This document shows, piece by piece, positions 63,001 through 64,000 of a stretch of DNA of 64,000 nucleotides. The DNA is from Curvularia clavata (taxonomy: Eukaryota). The notes beneath the pieces are model-generated. The model had not been told where the DNA came from, did no database searches, and was given only the letters and a program-made list of their open reading frames with translations. Every line of letters begins with the position of its first letter. The first letter of the stretch is position 1. Where the stretch lies: NCBI GenBank assembly GCA_023920165.1, contig CP089275.1:5146001-5210000 (forward strand), read 5' to 3'. The position numbers and the translations under genes were made by a program.

Positions 63001-64000
63001 ATGGCGATCACCAAACAAACTTCAAACACGGACCTACCTGAGGCAACTACCCTTGCCGAGGCTCTAGAAGTGATGTCTTTGACGACGCCGAGTACTCGTT
63101 CATCCGCGCACCAGCTCTTCTCTGAAATCAGAGATATCTACACAACGCTAACTGAGCTATCGTCACTGGCTCCATCAGAAACAGTCAACACCCTTTTGAC
63201 GCGCCTTGTCAACCTGTGTGTGGCTCCTTATAGCACCGAGTTCACGACTTACTTCTTCAAGATCCAGGGTGCGGAAGAGCTGTGCGAGAGGCTACGCTCG
63301 ATATGCTCGACAGCTGAGAGTGAACTGGAAAAGTACTATGTGGAACAAATGTTGGGTAAGTAAACTTCTCCCTTCCCTCTGATTTTCTACCGTTTGCCTC
63401 TTGGTCCCGACAAACAGGGAAGCCGATAATAGAGCAGCACATTAACTTTGACCCAGAAAACCTTAGAGAAAACCCTTCTTCCCGCGGTTTTCTCGAGATT
63501 TACCCTTACTTGGAGAACTACTGGTACCAAACCCAGCTAGAAGCTTCCATCATGAAGCCCTTTTGTGTGAGCTTTCCACCCCTTTCCATAGCCTTCATTG
63601 GCTCGGGCCCTTTACCCCTGACATCTCTCTTCTTCACGCACCACTTCCCCGACGTCAAAATCTACAACATCGACGGCGACGGCGACGCCATCGACCTCAG
63701 CGCCGATCTTTGCCGTCGAATGGACATGAGAGATCGCATGGTCTTTGTCCAAGAGGATGCGAACAACCCATCCACCGGAGCTGATTGGATGAAATCCGAG
63801 ATCGTCTTCTTAGCCGCATTGGTTGGAACCGATACGAAGTCTAAACTGGACATTCTCCGCAACTTGGCGCCGAAGCTGCGGCCAGGATGTCTGATTATTG
63901 CCAGGAGTGCTCGAGGCATGAGGAATGTGCTGTATCCGGTAAGTTGTGCGCTGTTTTTCAGATCTGCAGATGCGAGAGACAAGTTGATGCTGGAGTACTT
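63001..64000 (+). CDS. Nicotianamine synthase-like protein (runs off the window end); intron 63356-63456, second intron from 63939
   Basis: LAPSETVNTLLTRLV.LC, AESELE, YPYLENY, AFIGSGPLPLTS, VFLAALVG..K, RSARGMRNVLYP. Confidence 0.85.

Overview
Gene-dense, intron-containing DNA from a filamentous ascomycete. The GT-AG introns with CTAAC/CTGAC branch sites and the gene content suggest a Dothideomycete/Pleosporales-like fungus (inference). There are about 22 host protein genes, mostly housekeeping or metabolic: DUF3405, LicD, FMP42-like MFS, MDR enoyl reductase, kinesin-8, DUF4360, MsrA, GFA, amidase, MARVEL-like, PTH11-like, GMC oxidoreductase, Dom34, IQGAP, IMPDH with an intronic snR54-like snoRNA, Nudix, CorA-like, amidohydrolase-3 and nicotianamine synthase. 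Two accessory islands each carry an NLR-like gene. (1) At 11.0-16.8 kb, an atypical NB-ARC-TPR gene with a fused C-terminal membrane module lies next to an intact DD34E Tc1 transposon and a probable solo LTR. (2) At 52.9-57.1 kb, a 4.2-kb cassette is bounded by ~217-bp RIP-like mutated inverted repeats; it has no transposase and its only cargo is a HET-NB-ARC-TPR gene. Separately, the ~1-kb non-coding gap at 27.7-28.7 kb contains a dense nested set of helices with G-U pairs on the + strand, suggesting a large structured RNA that I cannot assign to a known family. All alignments and folds were done by eye.
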